DNA of 55,730 bases from Eubacteriales bacterium (GCA_045532675.1 JAZSGJ010000101.1:1-55730), one strand, 5' to 3'; positions 18,607 to 29,847 are shown, counted from the stretch's first letter. Numbers and translations: made by a program. Notes: a model not told the origin generated them from the letters alone.

Positions 18607-19477
18607 AGCTCTTTTGTTTCCGCATATTGCGATTATGATCGTCCTCGTTCCGATTGCCACCGTTCTGCTCGTCGGCTCAATGGTGTTTATCGGACAAGAT
18701 ACGCCAATCGCGTATATTTCTTACGTTCTCGCAGCTTATACCTTAACGGTTTGGTGCTTCAAAATTCCGTATCTTATCAAATTTTTCAGGACCTTCAAGA
18801 ACGAAAACAAATATGCAAGAAAGTGGCAAGAGGACACGCGCCTGCGTGTAAATGTATCACTCTACGGCTCACTTGCGTGGAATGCTTTGTACGGCATTTT
18901 TCAGCTTTGGATTGGCTTTTATCATCACACGTTTTGGTTTTATTCCCTAGGCGCGTACTATATATGCCTTGCTTTAATGCGCTTCTTTTTGGTGCGTCAC
19001 ACATGCAAATATGCGCCTGGCGAGAGGGTGCAGACCGAGCTTGAAAAGTATCGCGCTTGTGGAATTGTATTCCTTCTGATGAACCTTGCTCTCGCAGCGA
19101 TCGTATTCTTTATGGTCTATTGGAACAGAACCTTTGAGCATCATATGATCACGGCGATTGCTATGGCGGCATACACCTTCACAGCGCTTACAGTGGCTAT
19201 CGTGAATGTGGTGAAATACAGAAAATACAACAGCCCCGTCTTTTCCGCAACGAAAGCGATCAGTTTTGCTGCCGCCTGCGTATCTATGCTGATATTGACA
19301 TCCACGATGCTTACGGCTTTCAGCGACGGCACGATGAATGTGGTATCGCGCAAATGGATGCTTGGCACAGTTGGAGCAGTGGTGTCACTCGTTGTGGTAG
19401 CACTTGCAATCGTTATGATCGTGCGAAGCACAAAGAAACTCAAGGAATTGATGAAAACAGAGGTTGAAAATGGATAA
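18584..19477 (+). CDS. Uncharacterised polytopic membrane protein (297 aa)
   Basis: About 7-8 hydrophobic helices. The start overlaps the HK 3' end by 23 nt. I recognise no named domain. Confidence 0.7.
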   Translation: MDWKKIGKALLFPHIAIMIVLVPIATVLLVGSMVFIGQDTPIAYISYVLAAYTLTVWCFKIPYLIKFFRTFKNENKYARKWQEDTRLRVNVSLYGSLAWNALYGIFQLWIGFYHHTFWFYSLGAYYICLALMRFFLVRHTCKYAPGERVQTELEKYRACGIVFLLMNLALAAIVFFMVYWNRTFEHHMITAIAMAAYTFTALTVAIVNVVKYRKYNSPVFSATKAISFAAACVSMLILTSTMLTAFSDGTMNVVSRKWMLGTVGAVVSLVVVALAIVMIVRSTKKLKELMKTEVENG

Positions 19478-19883
19478 CAACGACAAAGAAAAAATTGGAT
19501 TTACTTACACCTACTCTGCTAAAGAGCAAGCAGAGTTGAAAAAGATCCGTGAGAAATATACGCCCCCGACGGAAGCCGAGGATAAGATGGTGCGCTTGCG
19601 CAGACTAGACGCAAGCGTGACGAATACAGCACAAGCGGTTGCCCTTGTATTCGGTATCATCGGTACACTCATCCTCGGTTTTGGTATGAGCCTTTGTATG
19701 ACAGACCTTTGCGAGATTCTCGGATCTCACAGAGGTATGGCTATGCCTATCGGCATTATTATCGGTGTCATCGGCGGTACTATCGCAAGTCTTGCCTACC
19801 CCATCTACAATGCCATCGTTAAGGCAAAACGCAAAAAACTTGCGCCCGAAATTATCCGTCTAACCGATGAGCTTATGAAATGA
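19470..19883 (+). CDS. Small 2-TM membrane protein (uncharacterised family)
   Basis: ATG 19470 follows ACAGAGG and overlaps the upstream stop by 8 nt. Motifs are LRRLDASV, GMSLCMTD, YPIY and KRKKLAPEIIRLTDELMK. Confidence 0.75.
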   Translation: MDNNDKEKIGFTYTYSAKEQAELKKIREKYTPPTEAEDKMVRLRRLDASVTNTAQAVALVFGIIGTLILGFGMSLCMTDLCEILGSHRGMAMPIGIIIGVIGGTIASLAYPIYNAIVKAKRKKLAPEIIRLTDELMK

Positions 19884-20029
19884 GGTATGAATATTAAAGC
19901 CAAAATCAAAAACGCCATCTTGGAAATGTTTTTGGATGTTTCAACTGTCACCGACAAATGCGATATCACCGAGAATTTCATTTGTATGCAGTAAATTCGT
20001 GACAATACGGGAAGCGAAATAACGGTGTT

Positions 20030-20119
20030 TTAGACCGCATGGGCATATTTGCATTTCTACAATACTCGTCGATTAACTGTATGACGCCATGCGAGTATTA
20101 TTTCTCCACTGCTGCGTGA
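20030..20119 (+). mobile_element. IS3-family-like transposase C-terminal remnant
   Basis: AWAYLHFYNTRRL is followed, after a frame shift, by NCMTPCEYYFSTAA and a stop. This resembles the ...YI.FYN.rR....L..mTP.EY end of IS3/IS150 OrfB proteins. No catalytic region is present. Confidence 0.35.
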
Positions 20120-20272
20120 CGAAAAATCTCCCCCTGCTGCGTAGCAGGAGGAGGATGAAAGAATACTATTTAATTTAAAATTTCTTTTCTTGCCCATAAG
20201 GGCAAACTTTGTTTTAGCGTGATTTACCCGATTAGGATATCACTTTAAAAACAGCAGAATTTTTTCGATTCT

Positions 20273-21502
20273 TTATATTTTTTTGCCATCGTTTACTGCG
20301 TTGGATATTATTTTTACGATTATATCAGAAATTTTTTCCATTGATTCAATTGATATAAATTCGAATCTTGAGTGTGCATTTTCTCCCCCGGTACAAATAT
20401 TGGGGCAGGGAAGCCCCATAAACGACAGTCTTGCTCCGTCCGTTCCCCCTCTAATAGGAATAACAACCGGTCGTATACCAAGCTCAGTCATTGCAACTTT
20501 AGCTCTGTCTACTATGAACATACAGGGCTCAATTTTTTCCTTCATGTTATAGTATGAGTCTTTTATTTCAATATCAAGAGTTCCATCGCCGTACTTCTGA
20601 TTTATCTTATCTGCGGCGTTTGTAAATTGTTTCTTCTTGAGTTCAAACTTGGTTTTGTTGTGGTCTCTTATGATATAACTAAGTTTAGCAAGCTCTATTT
20701 CACCGGACATGGATATGAGGTGGTGAAATCCTTCGTATTTCTCTGTTTTTTCGGGAATTTCATTCTCGGGTAAAAGTGAATTAAATTCACACGCTATAAG
20801 GGATGCGTTTTTCATTCTGCCTTTTGCCGTGCCTGGATGAATAGATACACCGTGAACTGTTATTTTTGCACTTGCAGCATTGAAATTTTCGTATTCAAGC
20901 TCTCCGATGGGACCGCCGTCAATGGTGTAGGCATAGTCCGCGCCGAATGCTTCTATGTCAAATCTGTCAGCACCGCGCCCAATCTCCTCATCGGGGGTGA
21001 AGGCTATTGAAATTTTTCCGTGAGGTATATCCAATTCAATAATTTTTTCGAGTGCCGTCATAATTTCGGCAATTCCCGCTTTATCGTCAGCGCCAATAAG
21101 AGTGGTTCCGTCGCTTGTTATGAGGTTATGTCCCTTATAATCCGAGAGGTAGGGATATTCCGAAACCTTAAGAGAGATATTTTCATCTTCATTAAGAAGA
21201 ATATCTCCACCCGTATAATTAACAATATTGAGTTTAACGTTTTCGTCCGATGCTTCCGGAGAGGTGTCCATGTGCGCAATGAATCCGATAGAGTTTACTT
21301 CTTTTTCTGTGTTCTTGGGAAGAGTTGCGTAAACATAGCCGGCCTTATCTACTTTTGCGTCGGAAAGTCCAAGCGCTAAAAGCTCGTCCTTAAGCGCCTT
21401 CGCGAAAATAAGTTGCTTTTTTGTGCTCGGACAGCTTTCACTGCACTCATAAGACATCGTTGGAAATTTTGCGTAGCTTAAAAATCTTTCATACGCCTTC
21501 AT
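20273..21502 (-). CDS. pepT: Peptidase T (tripeptide aminopeptidase)
   Basis: 409-aa M20B protein with IAHMDTSPE and GADDKAGIAEIM motifs. Confidence 0.92.
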   Translation of the reverse strand: MKAYERFLSYAKFPTMSYECSESCPSTKKQLIFAKALKDELLALGLSDAKVDKAGYVYATLPKNTEKEVNSIGFIAHMDTSPEASDENVKLNIVNYTGGDILLNEDENISLKVSEYPYLSDYKGHNLITSDGTTLIGADDKAGIAEIMTALEKIIELDIPHGKISIAFTPDEEIGRGADRFDIEAFGADYAYTIDGGPIGELEYENFNAASAKITVHGVSIHPGTAKGRMKNASLIACEFNSLLPENEIPEKTEKYEGFHHLISMSGEIELAKLSYIIRDHNKTKFELKKKQFTNAADKINQKYGDGTLDIEIKDSYYNMKEKIEPCMFIVDRAKVAMTELGIRPVVIPIRGGTDGARLSFMGLPCPNICTGGENAHSRFEFISIESMEKISDIIVKIISNAVNDGKKI

Positions 21503-21517
21503 AATTTTTCAACCTCT

Positions 21518-21919
21518 TTACCGAGTCCCCGCAATGTTAATACGGTTTATAGCTCTTGCGAGCTTGGCTTTTGCTATACGTATAGCCTTATCATCAGTTT
21601 CGTGTGAAAGAGCCTCTTCTGCGCGAAGCTTTGCGGCTTTTGCACGGTCAATATCAATTTCATCAGAGAATTCGAATGTGGTGCAGACGAGCTTGGCTTC
21701 TCCGCCTTTTACCGAGATAAAACCGCCGGCGGCAGACGCTTCCTTTGAAACACCCTTTATTTTGAGCTTGGCTCTTCCAATTCCAAGCGTAGCAAAATAG
21801 TCGACGTGACCTCGCATTATTTCTACATCACCCTGTTCGGTCCTTACGAGTATAGCTTCGGCATTTCCGTCAAAAATTAATTTGTCAGGGGTGACTATCT
21901 GTAGGTGAAATTCATTCAT
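21518..21919 (-). CDS. atpC: F0F1 ATP synthase subunit epsilon
   Basis: LQIVTPDK at the N-terminus, a C-terminal helical hairpin, and operon position after atpD. Confidence 0.9.
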   Translation of the reverse strand: MNEFHLQIVTPDKLIFDGNAEAILVRTEQGDVEIMRGHVDYFATLGIGRAKLKIKGVSKEASAAGGFISVKGGEAKLVCTTFEFSDEIDIDRAKAAKLRAEEALSHETDDKAIRIAKAKLARAINRINIAGTR

Positions 21920-21921
21920 AA

Positions 21922-23340
<1,419 letters not shown>

Positions 23341-23371
23341 TTAACTTAGGAGTTTTAAATTTCAGAGGCAA

Positions 23372-24220
23372 CTAAAGAGCCTCGGAACCGGAAACGATTT
23401 CCGTGATTTCCTGTGTTATAACAGCCTGACGCGCTCTGTTGTATTTGAGCATCAGAGTGTCTATCATTTCGGCGGCGTTTTTGTTTGCGGCATTCATGGA
23501 GCTTCGTCTTGCTCCGGATTCCGACGCTAACGATTCGCATACTGCTGAATATATTATACCGCCGACGTATTCGGGAATAATTTTTTCAAGGAGTTCTTCT
23601 GCTTCGCCTTCAAAAATCGGGTCAGGAGAAAATTCCTTTTTTTCATTTTCACTCTTCTCAAGAGGAAGAAGCTGCTCGTATACCGGCAACTGAGATATCA
23701 TTGAAACAAATTTTGTATAAACTAATACAACATTTGTGATATCACCGCGCTTAAAGGCTTCGCATATAATGGATGAGGCGCTAAATGCTTTACTTACGCC
23801 TATGCTTGCGACGCATCCGAAATCCGACGAAAACAACTCGCGTCCCCTGTGGATGTAATACTCAAGAGCTTTTTTTCCTATAGGCAGATATATAGTGTTT
23901 TTATTCTTTGAGAGTGTCTCTGTCATGCGGAAAATGTTTGAATTGTATCCGCCCGCAAGGCCTCTGTCACCCGCAATAACAACGTAAAGAGTTTTGCCTT
24001 CACGTTCTTCATGCCAGACGGAAGATGATGCTTCCGAGGAATTCTCGATACTGCTTATGGCTTCGCTGAGTACCTCGTAATAAGGGCGCGATTTTTCTGC
24101 TTTCTCTTTTGCGCGTCTTAGCTTCGAGGTGGCAACGAGTTCCATTGCTTTTGTAATCTGCATCGTGCTTTGCACGCTTTTCATGCGTGACTTTATATCA
24201 TTCATGGAGGCTCCTGCCAT
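23372..24220 (-). CDS. atpG: F0F1 ATP synthase subunit gamma
   Basis: IKSRMKSVQSTMQITKAMELVA at the N-terminus and ITQEITEIVSG at the C-terminus. Confidence 0.95.
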   Translation of the reverse strand: MAGASMNDIKSRMKSVQSTMQITKAMELVATSKLRRAKEKAEKSRPYYEVLSEAISSIENSSEASSSVWHEEREGKTLYVVIAGDRGLAGGYNSNIFRMTETLSKNKNTIYLPIGKKALEYYIHRGRELFSSDFGCVASIGVSKAFSASSIICEAFKRGDITNVVLVYTKFVSMISQLPVYEQLLPLEKSENEKKEFSPDPIFEGEAEELLEKIIPEYVGGIIYSAVCESLASESGARRSSMNAANKNAAEMIDTLMLKYNRARQAVITQEITEIVSGSEAL

Positions 24221-24236
24221 AGCAACTCCGCCTTTC

Positions 24237-25751
24237 TTATTCCTTATTCAAAAACTTGTTCTTGCAGTATACGATTGCTTCGCGAAGCTCGGCTGTAGTT
24301 TCGTCTGTGAGCGCACCCGTGTCGCGTATTGATGCGAGAAGCTCCGCCTTTGTTGCTACGAGATAGTCAAAAAGCTCCTCTTCAAAGCAGTGGATATCCT
24401 CAATCTCTATTTCTTTAAGAAGATTGTTTACAACCGCAAATATTATAGCGACCTGAAGCTCTATCGCAATGGGAGAGTTTCTGTCCTGCTTCAAAACCTC
24501 AACAATTCTCTGACCCTGGTCAAGTCTTGCTTTAGTATCTGCGTCAAGGTCTGAGCCGAACTGAGCAAAGCCCTGAAGCTCTCTGTACTGAGAGTAGAGA
24601 AGCTTGAGAGTTCCCGCAACCTTTTTCATTGCCTTTATCTGAGCGTTTCCGCCAACTCGGGATACCGAAATTCCGGGGTTAACCGCAGGACGTATGCCAG
24701 AATGGAAAAGCTCGGTTTCAAGGAATATCTGACCGTCGGTAATTGAAATTACGTTAGTCGGAATATACGCGGAAACGTCACCTGCCTGAGTTTCAATTAT
24801 AGGAAGCGCGGTAAGAGAACCTCCTCCGTATTCTGGAGCAAGTCTTGCAGCGCGCTCAAGAAGTCTTGAGTGAAGATAGAATACGTCTCCGGGATAAGCC
24901 TCTCTGCCCGGGGGACGTCTAATAAGAAGGGAAAGCGCACGGTATGCAACTGCGTGCTTTGAAAGGTCGTCGTATACGATAAGCACGTCACGTCCCTTAT
25001 CCATAAAGTATTCGCCCATAGCACAGCCCGCATAGGGAGCAATATACTGAAGGGGGGCAGACTCTGATGCCGTTGCGGAAACGACTATGGTGTAATCCAT
25101 CGCGCCGTTTTTATAAAGAGTGTCAACAACGTTTGTAACAGTTGACTGCTTCTGACCTATAGCAACGTATATACAAATAACGTTCTTGCCCTTTTGATTT
25201 ATGATAGTGTCGGTAGCAATAACCGTTTTACCTGTCTGTCTGTCTCCTATTATAAGCTCTCTCTGTCCTCTTCCGATAGGAATCATAGAGTCGATAGCCT
25301 TAATACCCGTCTGAAGAGGAACGGAAACCGACTTTCTTTCGATAATTCCGTAAGCACGTCTTTCAATAGGGCTGTAGTCTGATGCTTCAATAGGTCCTTT
25401 TGCGTCGATAGGCTGACCGAGGGCGTTTACAACCCTACCTATCATAGCTTCACCGACGGGAACCGAAACAACGCGTCCCGTGCGTTTTACGAGGCTGCCC
25501 TCGCTTATTCCTACGTCGTTACCGAGAAGAACGGCGCTGACAAAGGTTTCTTCAAGGTTAAGAGCCATGCCGAAAGTTCCGTTTGAAAATTCGAGCAGCT
25601 CGTTCGCCTTGCACTTATCAAGTCCGTGAACCTTTGAAATACCGTCGCCGACAGATATAACGTATCCAATCTCGTCCTCCTCGGTTTTCTTTGAGTAGTT
25701 CTTAATTTGTTCTTTGATTATCTTACTGATATCATCAATTTTGGACTGCAT
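24237..25751 (-). CDS. atpA: F0F1 ATP synthase subunit alpha
   Basis: Walker A GDRQTGKT; 504 aa. Confidence 0.97.
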   Translation of the reverse strand: MQSKIDDISKIIKEQIKNYSKKTEEDEIGYVISVGDGISKVHGLDKCKANELLEFSNGTFGMALNLEETFVSAVLLGNDVGISEGSLVKRTGRVVSVPVGEAMIGRVVNALGQPIDAKGPIEASDYSPIERRAYGIIERKSVSVPLQTGIKAIDSMIPIGRGQRELIIGDRQTGKTVIATDTIINQKGKNVICIYVAIGQKQSTVTNVVDTLYKNGAMDYTIVVSATASESAPLQYIAPYAGCAMGEYFMDKGRDVLIVYDDLSKHAVAYRALSLLIRRPPGREAYPGDVFYLHSRLLERAARLAPEYGGGSLTALPIIETQAGDVSAYIPTNVISITDGQIFLETELFHSGIRPAVNPGISVSRVGGNAQIKAMKKVAGTLKLLYSQYRELQGFAQFGSDLDADTKARLDQGQRIVEVLKQDRNSPIAIELQVAIIFAVVNNLLKEIEIEDIHCFEEELFDYLVATKAELLASIRDTGALTDETTAELREAIVYCKNKFLNKE

Positions 25752-25761
25752 TTCATCACCG

Positions 25762-26304
25762 TTAAATTACTGTATTTTTTAGGCTTTCTTCAAATTTGTC
25801 AAGCCTTGTTTTTATTGATCCGTCAAGCTGGATTCCCGAGTATCTGATTTTTACTCCTCCGAGAATTTTCGGATCAACCGTATTTTTGATTATAATATGC
25901 TTGCCCGTAATTTTTGCAAGCTTTGCTTTCATTGCGTCAAGCTGAGTTTTAGTCATGGAGACAGCGGTGACGGCTTCGACGTGTTCTATTCCGCGAGACT
26001 CGTCATACGCTGCAAAATACGTCTTAGCTACCTCGCCAAATGAAAAGACGGAGTGTCTTTCGCACAAAATTTTAATAAGGTTCTTAACGCTCTCGTCGAG
26101 GGAAGCAAACGCTTCGTCGATAAGCGTAAGCTTTTCGGTTTTAGTTATTGCCGGAGTGTCAAGCAATTTGACGTATTCCGGATTTTTTGAAAATGCTTCA
26201 TTTGCAAGCTTTACGTCCAAAAGTACTTTTTCCGTATTGCCGCTTTCCTCGGAAAGCATGAAAAGAGCCTTACCGTATTCATTACTGAAAGCCATATCAT
26301 TCAC
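25762..26304 (-). CDS. atpH: F0F1 ATP synthase subunit delta (OSCP)
   Basis: 180 aa with an OSCP-like C-terminus ([28 protein letters not shown]) and the expected operon position. Confidence 0.9.
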   Translation of the reverse strand: MNDMAFSNEYGKALFMLSEESGNTEKVLLDVKLANEAFSKNPEYVKLLDTPAITKTEKLTLIDEAFASLDESVKNLIKILCERHSVFSFGEVAKTYFAAYDESRGIEHVEAVTAVSMTKTQLDAMKAKLAKITGKHIIIKNTVDPKILGGVKIRYSGIQLDGSIKTRLDKFEESLKNTVI

Positions 26305-26815
26305 CTATTTCGTCTATGAAGCGGTCAATGAGGTCTTTATGCTCGTCTTCTTTGACGTCACGTTCGATAACAGCGGCTGCAATGCATATCGCCATATCCG
26401 AAACCTCGTTTTTGACTTCGTTTATAGCTCTCTTCTTTTCGAGCTCAACCTGCTCGGTTGCGCGTTCAAGCGTTCTTTGTGCCTTTTCGCTTGCTTCGGC
26501 GAGTATTTCTTCTTCGCGAAGCTGTGCCTTACGCACCGCTTTTTTCAGAATTTCCTCGCTTTCCTCGTTTGCTCGTTCGATTTTTTCTTCATATTCGGCT
26601 TTTAAAGATGCCGCGGATGAGCGGGAATTCTCAGCGTCCGAATACATGTCGTCTATTTCCTTCTGCCTTGAGTCTATCATGTTTTTAATAGGCTTGAAGA
26701 GCAGCTTTTTAAGGAACAGATACAGAACGAGAAGGTTGCACCAAGCGAAAAGCATCGTCCAGAAGTTTACGCCGACAAACGCCTCGAATTTATCTAAAAA
26801 TACTTCTATTCGCAT
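26297..26815 (-). CDS. atpF: F0F1 ATP synthase subunit b
   Basis: A single N-terminal TM helix followed by a long charged helix, in the expected operon position. Confidence 0.88.
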   Translation of the reverse strand: MRIEVFLDKFEAFVGVNFWTMLFAWCNLLVLYLFLKKLLFKPIKNMIDSRQKEIDDMYSDAENSRSSAASLKAEYEEKIERANEESEEILKKAVRKAQLREEEILAEASEKAQRTLERATEQVELEKKRAINEVKNEVSDMAICIAAAVIERDVKEDEHKDLIDRFIDEIGE

Positions 26816-26841
26816 GAAATGTGGTTAGCCTTTCTTTATTC

Positions 26842-27096
26842 TTACTTAATGTTCATGAACATAAGAAGAAGCGAGATAACAAGAGAATAAATACCTGTCG
26901 TCTCGGTAATTGCGCATCCGAGAATCATATTGGTACGAAGATTGCCTGCTGTTTCGGGATTTCTTGCCATACCCTCAAGAGCCTTACCTACCGCGTTACC
27001 TTCTCCGATTGCGGGACCGATAGCGCCAAGACCCATACAAAGACCTGCACCGAGAGCTCTCGCAGCAGCAACTATAGAACCTGTTAAACCTTCCAT
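26842..27096 (-). CDS. atpE: F0F1 ATP synthase subunit c, with a Na+-binding-type signature
   Basis: 84-aa hairpin protein. It aligns without gaps to the Ilyobacter tartaricus c subunit. AIGEG gives Glu at the Gln32 position, and AITETTGIY gives Glu65, Thr66, Thr67 and Tyr70. Confidence 0.93.
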   Translation of the reverse strand: MEGLTGSIVAAARALGAGLCMGLGAIGPAIGEGNAVGKALEGMARNPETAGNLRTNMILGCAITETTGIYSLVISLLLMFMNIK

Positions 27097-27135
27097 TTTT
27101 AAAATCCTCCTAAAATATATATTTATTTATAAAAA

Positions 27136-27906
27136 TCAACTATTGCTTTCCGACTCTAAATTTTCCTTTGGGGGCGGGCATGCGCCGCCTACGTAAACCA
27201 TAGTCAGAAGAGAGAATACTAGCGCCTGAACAAATCCCGAGAACAGGTCGAAATAAACCGAAAGAAATGCGGGAATACCTACCTGCATAAACGGAATATC
27301 GCCGATTAGTCCGGGAAGCCAGCCGAATATAAGATTCGAAGCCAAGGCGAGCGCCGCATAAACGAGCGAGGTGAGAACAGAGCCGCCCGCGACGTTACCG
27401 AAGTGACGGAACGCCATTGAAATCGGCTGTGCAATTTCGCTGACAATATTCATCGGCGTCATTACGACTATCGGCTCGGTGAATCCTTTAAGCCATGATT
27501 TAAAACCGAAGTTTTTAATATTGTTATACCACACCATAACCGATGTGACGAGCGCCCACGCAAGCGTTACCGAAAGGTCAGCCGTTACAGAGCGGAATAT
27601 CTGAGTCATTCCAATAAGCGTTCCGATAATGGAAGAAAGGAAGAGCGTTCCTATATACGGGGCAAATTTTAAATTATGCTTTCCCATCGTGTCTTCGACG
27701 AGATTGTAGAGCATTGTAACAAGCTTTTCAACAATCACCTGAAAACGTCCGGGGCGCTTAGTTATCTTTTTGCTTATAATGGCGCTTATTATTATCAGAA
27801 TAAGAGTAACGACAAGAAGTGAAAGCATCGTTTGCGTAACGTTAATATCAAACCAAGGAGTATGAATTACAAAATATACCTTAGGACCGTTTACGGATAA
27901 ATCCAT
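27136..27906 (-). CDS. atpB: F0F1 ATP synthase subunit a
   Basis: Polytopic protein with the conserved Arg in SMAFRHFGNVAGG. Confidence 0.92.
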   Translation of the reverse strand: MDLSVNGPKVYFVIHTPWFDINVTQTMLSLLVVTLILIIISAIISKKITKRPGRFQVIVEKLVTMLYNLVEDTMGKHNLKFAPYIGTLFLSSIIGTLIGMTQIFRSVTADLSVTLAWALVTSVMVWYNNIKNFGFKSWLKGFTEPIVVMTPMNIVSEIAQPISMAFRHFGNVAGGSVLTSLVYAALALASNLIFGWLPGLIGDIPFMQVGIPAFLSVYFDLFSGFVQALVFSLLTMVYVGGACPPPKENLESESNS

Positions 27907-28364
27907 TATTCATCACCTTTCCTGAATTTTTGTCTTAAAATAGATTCCACCGTTATGATCGGGCGGAGCATGAGAAGCGGAACGAGGGTTGCGATAACGT
28001 CAAACCATTTAAGTAAAAACGCAACTACAAGCGCCGCAAGCATAGTAAGAGTTCTTACAATGAATGAAATCTTAACGGCGTTCTGAAGAGCTGCCTGATG
28101 CTCGGCGGCAAATTTTTCTGCCTCCTCGTCATCCATTTCCTTCGTGCCTCTGGCTTCCATTGCTCGGTCGAATGCTCTGTTCGTTGATATCGCAAGGAAT
28201 AAAAAATTCAGCACCGTAACGGCGGTGCCGAGAGAGACTCCCGTTATTACTTTGTACGAAAATTTGTTAATTATCAGATAGACACCGCATACGATAAGAG
28301 AAACAATTAATTCGCCTATCAGTATAAAAGCGGTTTCATAGAGCGGTAAATTCTTATTCTTCAT
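27906..28364 (-). CDS. atpI: ATP synthase subunit I-like membrane protein
   Basis: Four hydrophobic helices, located directly upstream of atpB. The start may be ATG 28364 or 28418. Confidence 0.6.
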   Translation of the reverse strand: MKNKNLPLYETAFILIGELIVSLIVCGVYLIINKFSYKVITGVSLGTAVTVLNFLFLAISTNRAFDRAMEARGTKEMDDEEAEKFAAEHQAALQNAVKISFIVRTLTMLAALVVAFLLKWFDVIATLVPLLMLRPIITVESILRQKFRKGDE

Positions 28365-28635
28365 TAGAGGGTTTTCCTGTTTTCTCTTTGTTTTCTTTGC
28401 TGTTTTCAAGTCGTTCAAGGTTTTCGGATGCAGTTATTGCAAACCTGACCATTGATACAAGTCCTGCTAAAACCCCGACGGTTATGAATATCGTGTACAG
28501 CCATTCCGGAGCGCCTGTATATCTGACTAAAAGCCATGACAGCGCAAAAAGAAGCGCTGCCGGAGTCAAAAGGCTGAATATAGCTTGTGATATGATATTC
28601 AACCCATACAAAAATCCAAAAAACTTTTTATGCAT
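28354..28635 (-). CDS. atpZ: AtpZ/AtpI-family small membrane protein
   Basis: Two TM helices and first position in the atp operon. ATG 28635 (MHKKFFGFLYG) is preferred over the longer track ORF. Confidence 0.55.
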   Translation of the reverse strand: MHKKFFGFLYGLNIISQAIFSLLTPAALLFALSWLLVRYTGAPEWLYTIFITVGVLAGLVSMVRFAITASENLERLENSKENKEKTGKPSNEE

Positions 28636-28715
28636 TTTGAGCCTTAACTTTAAATAAAAATTTAAAATAAAATTCCTTAAATAATATATTATCATAAAAT
28701 CACATATAAATCAAT

Positions 28716-28744
28716 ACTTTAGACAAAAGTTATTAATTTGTCAA
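28716..28744 (-). promoter_or_regulatory. Candidate atp operon promoter
   Basis: The minus strand has TTGACA (28744-28739), a 17-nt spacer and TAAAGT (28721-28716). Confidence 0.35.
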
Positions 28745-28784
28745 GGAAAAATATTTTATTATGGTAATTATTAATATAAATGCA

Positions 28785-28813
28785 TTGACATTTATGGTCC
28801 AAAATGATAAAAT
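28785..28813 (+). promoter_or_regulatory. Candidate promoter facing the decayed LRR gene
   Basis: TTGACA (28785-28790), 17-nt spacer, TAAAAT (28808-28813). Confidence 0.4.
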
Positions 28814-28870
28814 GTACCTAAAAGGCAGTTGTCATCCTTTAAAAAGATGATTTACGGATAGGAGAATTTA

Positions 28871-29847
28871 ACGAAAAAATCATTAAAAACCTAATTTTAA
28901 TATCAATGTATATTTTTTGCTTTAGCGTCTTGCTCTGGAGAGCATACAACGCATAAACCGGGAGATGTATCAATATAAAATGAAGTAAAAGCCACTTGCA
29001 CGTCGAGAGGAAGCTATGACGAGGTCGTTTATTGCTCCGTGTGCGATGTGGAGCTTAACAGAGAAACGAAAAAACGGATAAGATTGAACACACATTGCTT
29101 GACCCTGCAAGAGAAAATGATGTTGCTCCGACTTGCGTTTTTGACGGAGGCTATGATATGATTTCTTAATGTTCGCAATGTAATGCTGCGGCTAAGACAG
29201 AACATACCGCCATAAAAAGACACGAGCATCAATATGATGGGGTGCGTGTAAACTTTGTAACGGTTCAAAAAGCTCAGAGGGACTCAAATTTGAATTAAAC
29301 GAAGACTGGAGAAGCTATACACTTGTAGGAATAGGAATCTGTAAAAGCAAGGATATCGTTATAGGCTTAAATAACGACCTTCCGGTAACGGCGATAGGTT
29401 GCTTTTTGGGAAAACCGCACCATAGAAACTGTTACGTTTGGAACTCAGAATTTGATTTTTGAGATAGATATAGCCGCATTTAACGGTTGTACAAATCTCA
29501 AGGAAATAAGATTGCCTAACAATTTAATGTCAATTGGTATTGACTGTTTTATGAATTGCAGATCTCTTGAAAAAATCATGTTTGGTACTTCTTTAAAATC
29601 TATTTCTTCAGTAGCCTTTTCCGGTTGCAGCTCACTCACTGGGATGAATTTTTCAAACAGTATAACGGTTATAGGCGGCTCTGCGTTTTCACCTTGTACT
29701 TCGCTTAAGAGTGTTGAATTGCCGAGCAATTTAATCAGTATCGGATCAAAAGCATTTTCCGGATTTTTAAATTTGGAAAATGTGGATATGTACGATAATT
29801 CAACAATCCTCAATTTAAATCCCCACGAAAATTGTGGAATACTTTGA
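28871..29847 (+). pseudogene. BspA-type leucine-rich-repeat surface lipoprotein, multiply frameshifted
   Basis: The RBS GGAGAA is followed by ACG AAA AAA, so the start codon is lost. A lipobox-like IFFALASCSG follows. Cys-rich modules ATCTSRGSYDEVVYCSVCDVEL are then broken by stops and frame changes. The ORF 29452-29847 carries LRR units (FNGCTNLKEIRLPNNLMSIG, FSGCSSLTGMNFSNSITVIG, FSPCTSLKSVELPSNLISIG). Confidence 0.7.

Noticed and set aside
15808-19883. Compositional evidence that the two-component island is horizontally acquired
   Set aside because: Hand counts of single lines give about 53% G+C in the kinase gene and about 48% in asnS. The difference is too small and the sampling too crude to claim foreign origin. 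A sliding-window calculation is needed.
19887-19994. 35-aa ORF MNIKAKIKNAILEMF... after the last gene of the two-component unit
   Set aside because: The GAGG lies only 1-2 nt from the ATG, which is too close. There is no terminator logic, and it is probably a shard of another lost gene.
25955-26828. 216-aa and 170-aa + strand ORFs across atpH/atpF
   Set aside because: Both are antisense to conserved ATP synthase genes. They are Ser/Phe-rich and low-complexity, with no translation signals.
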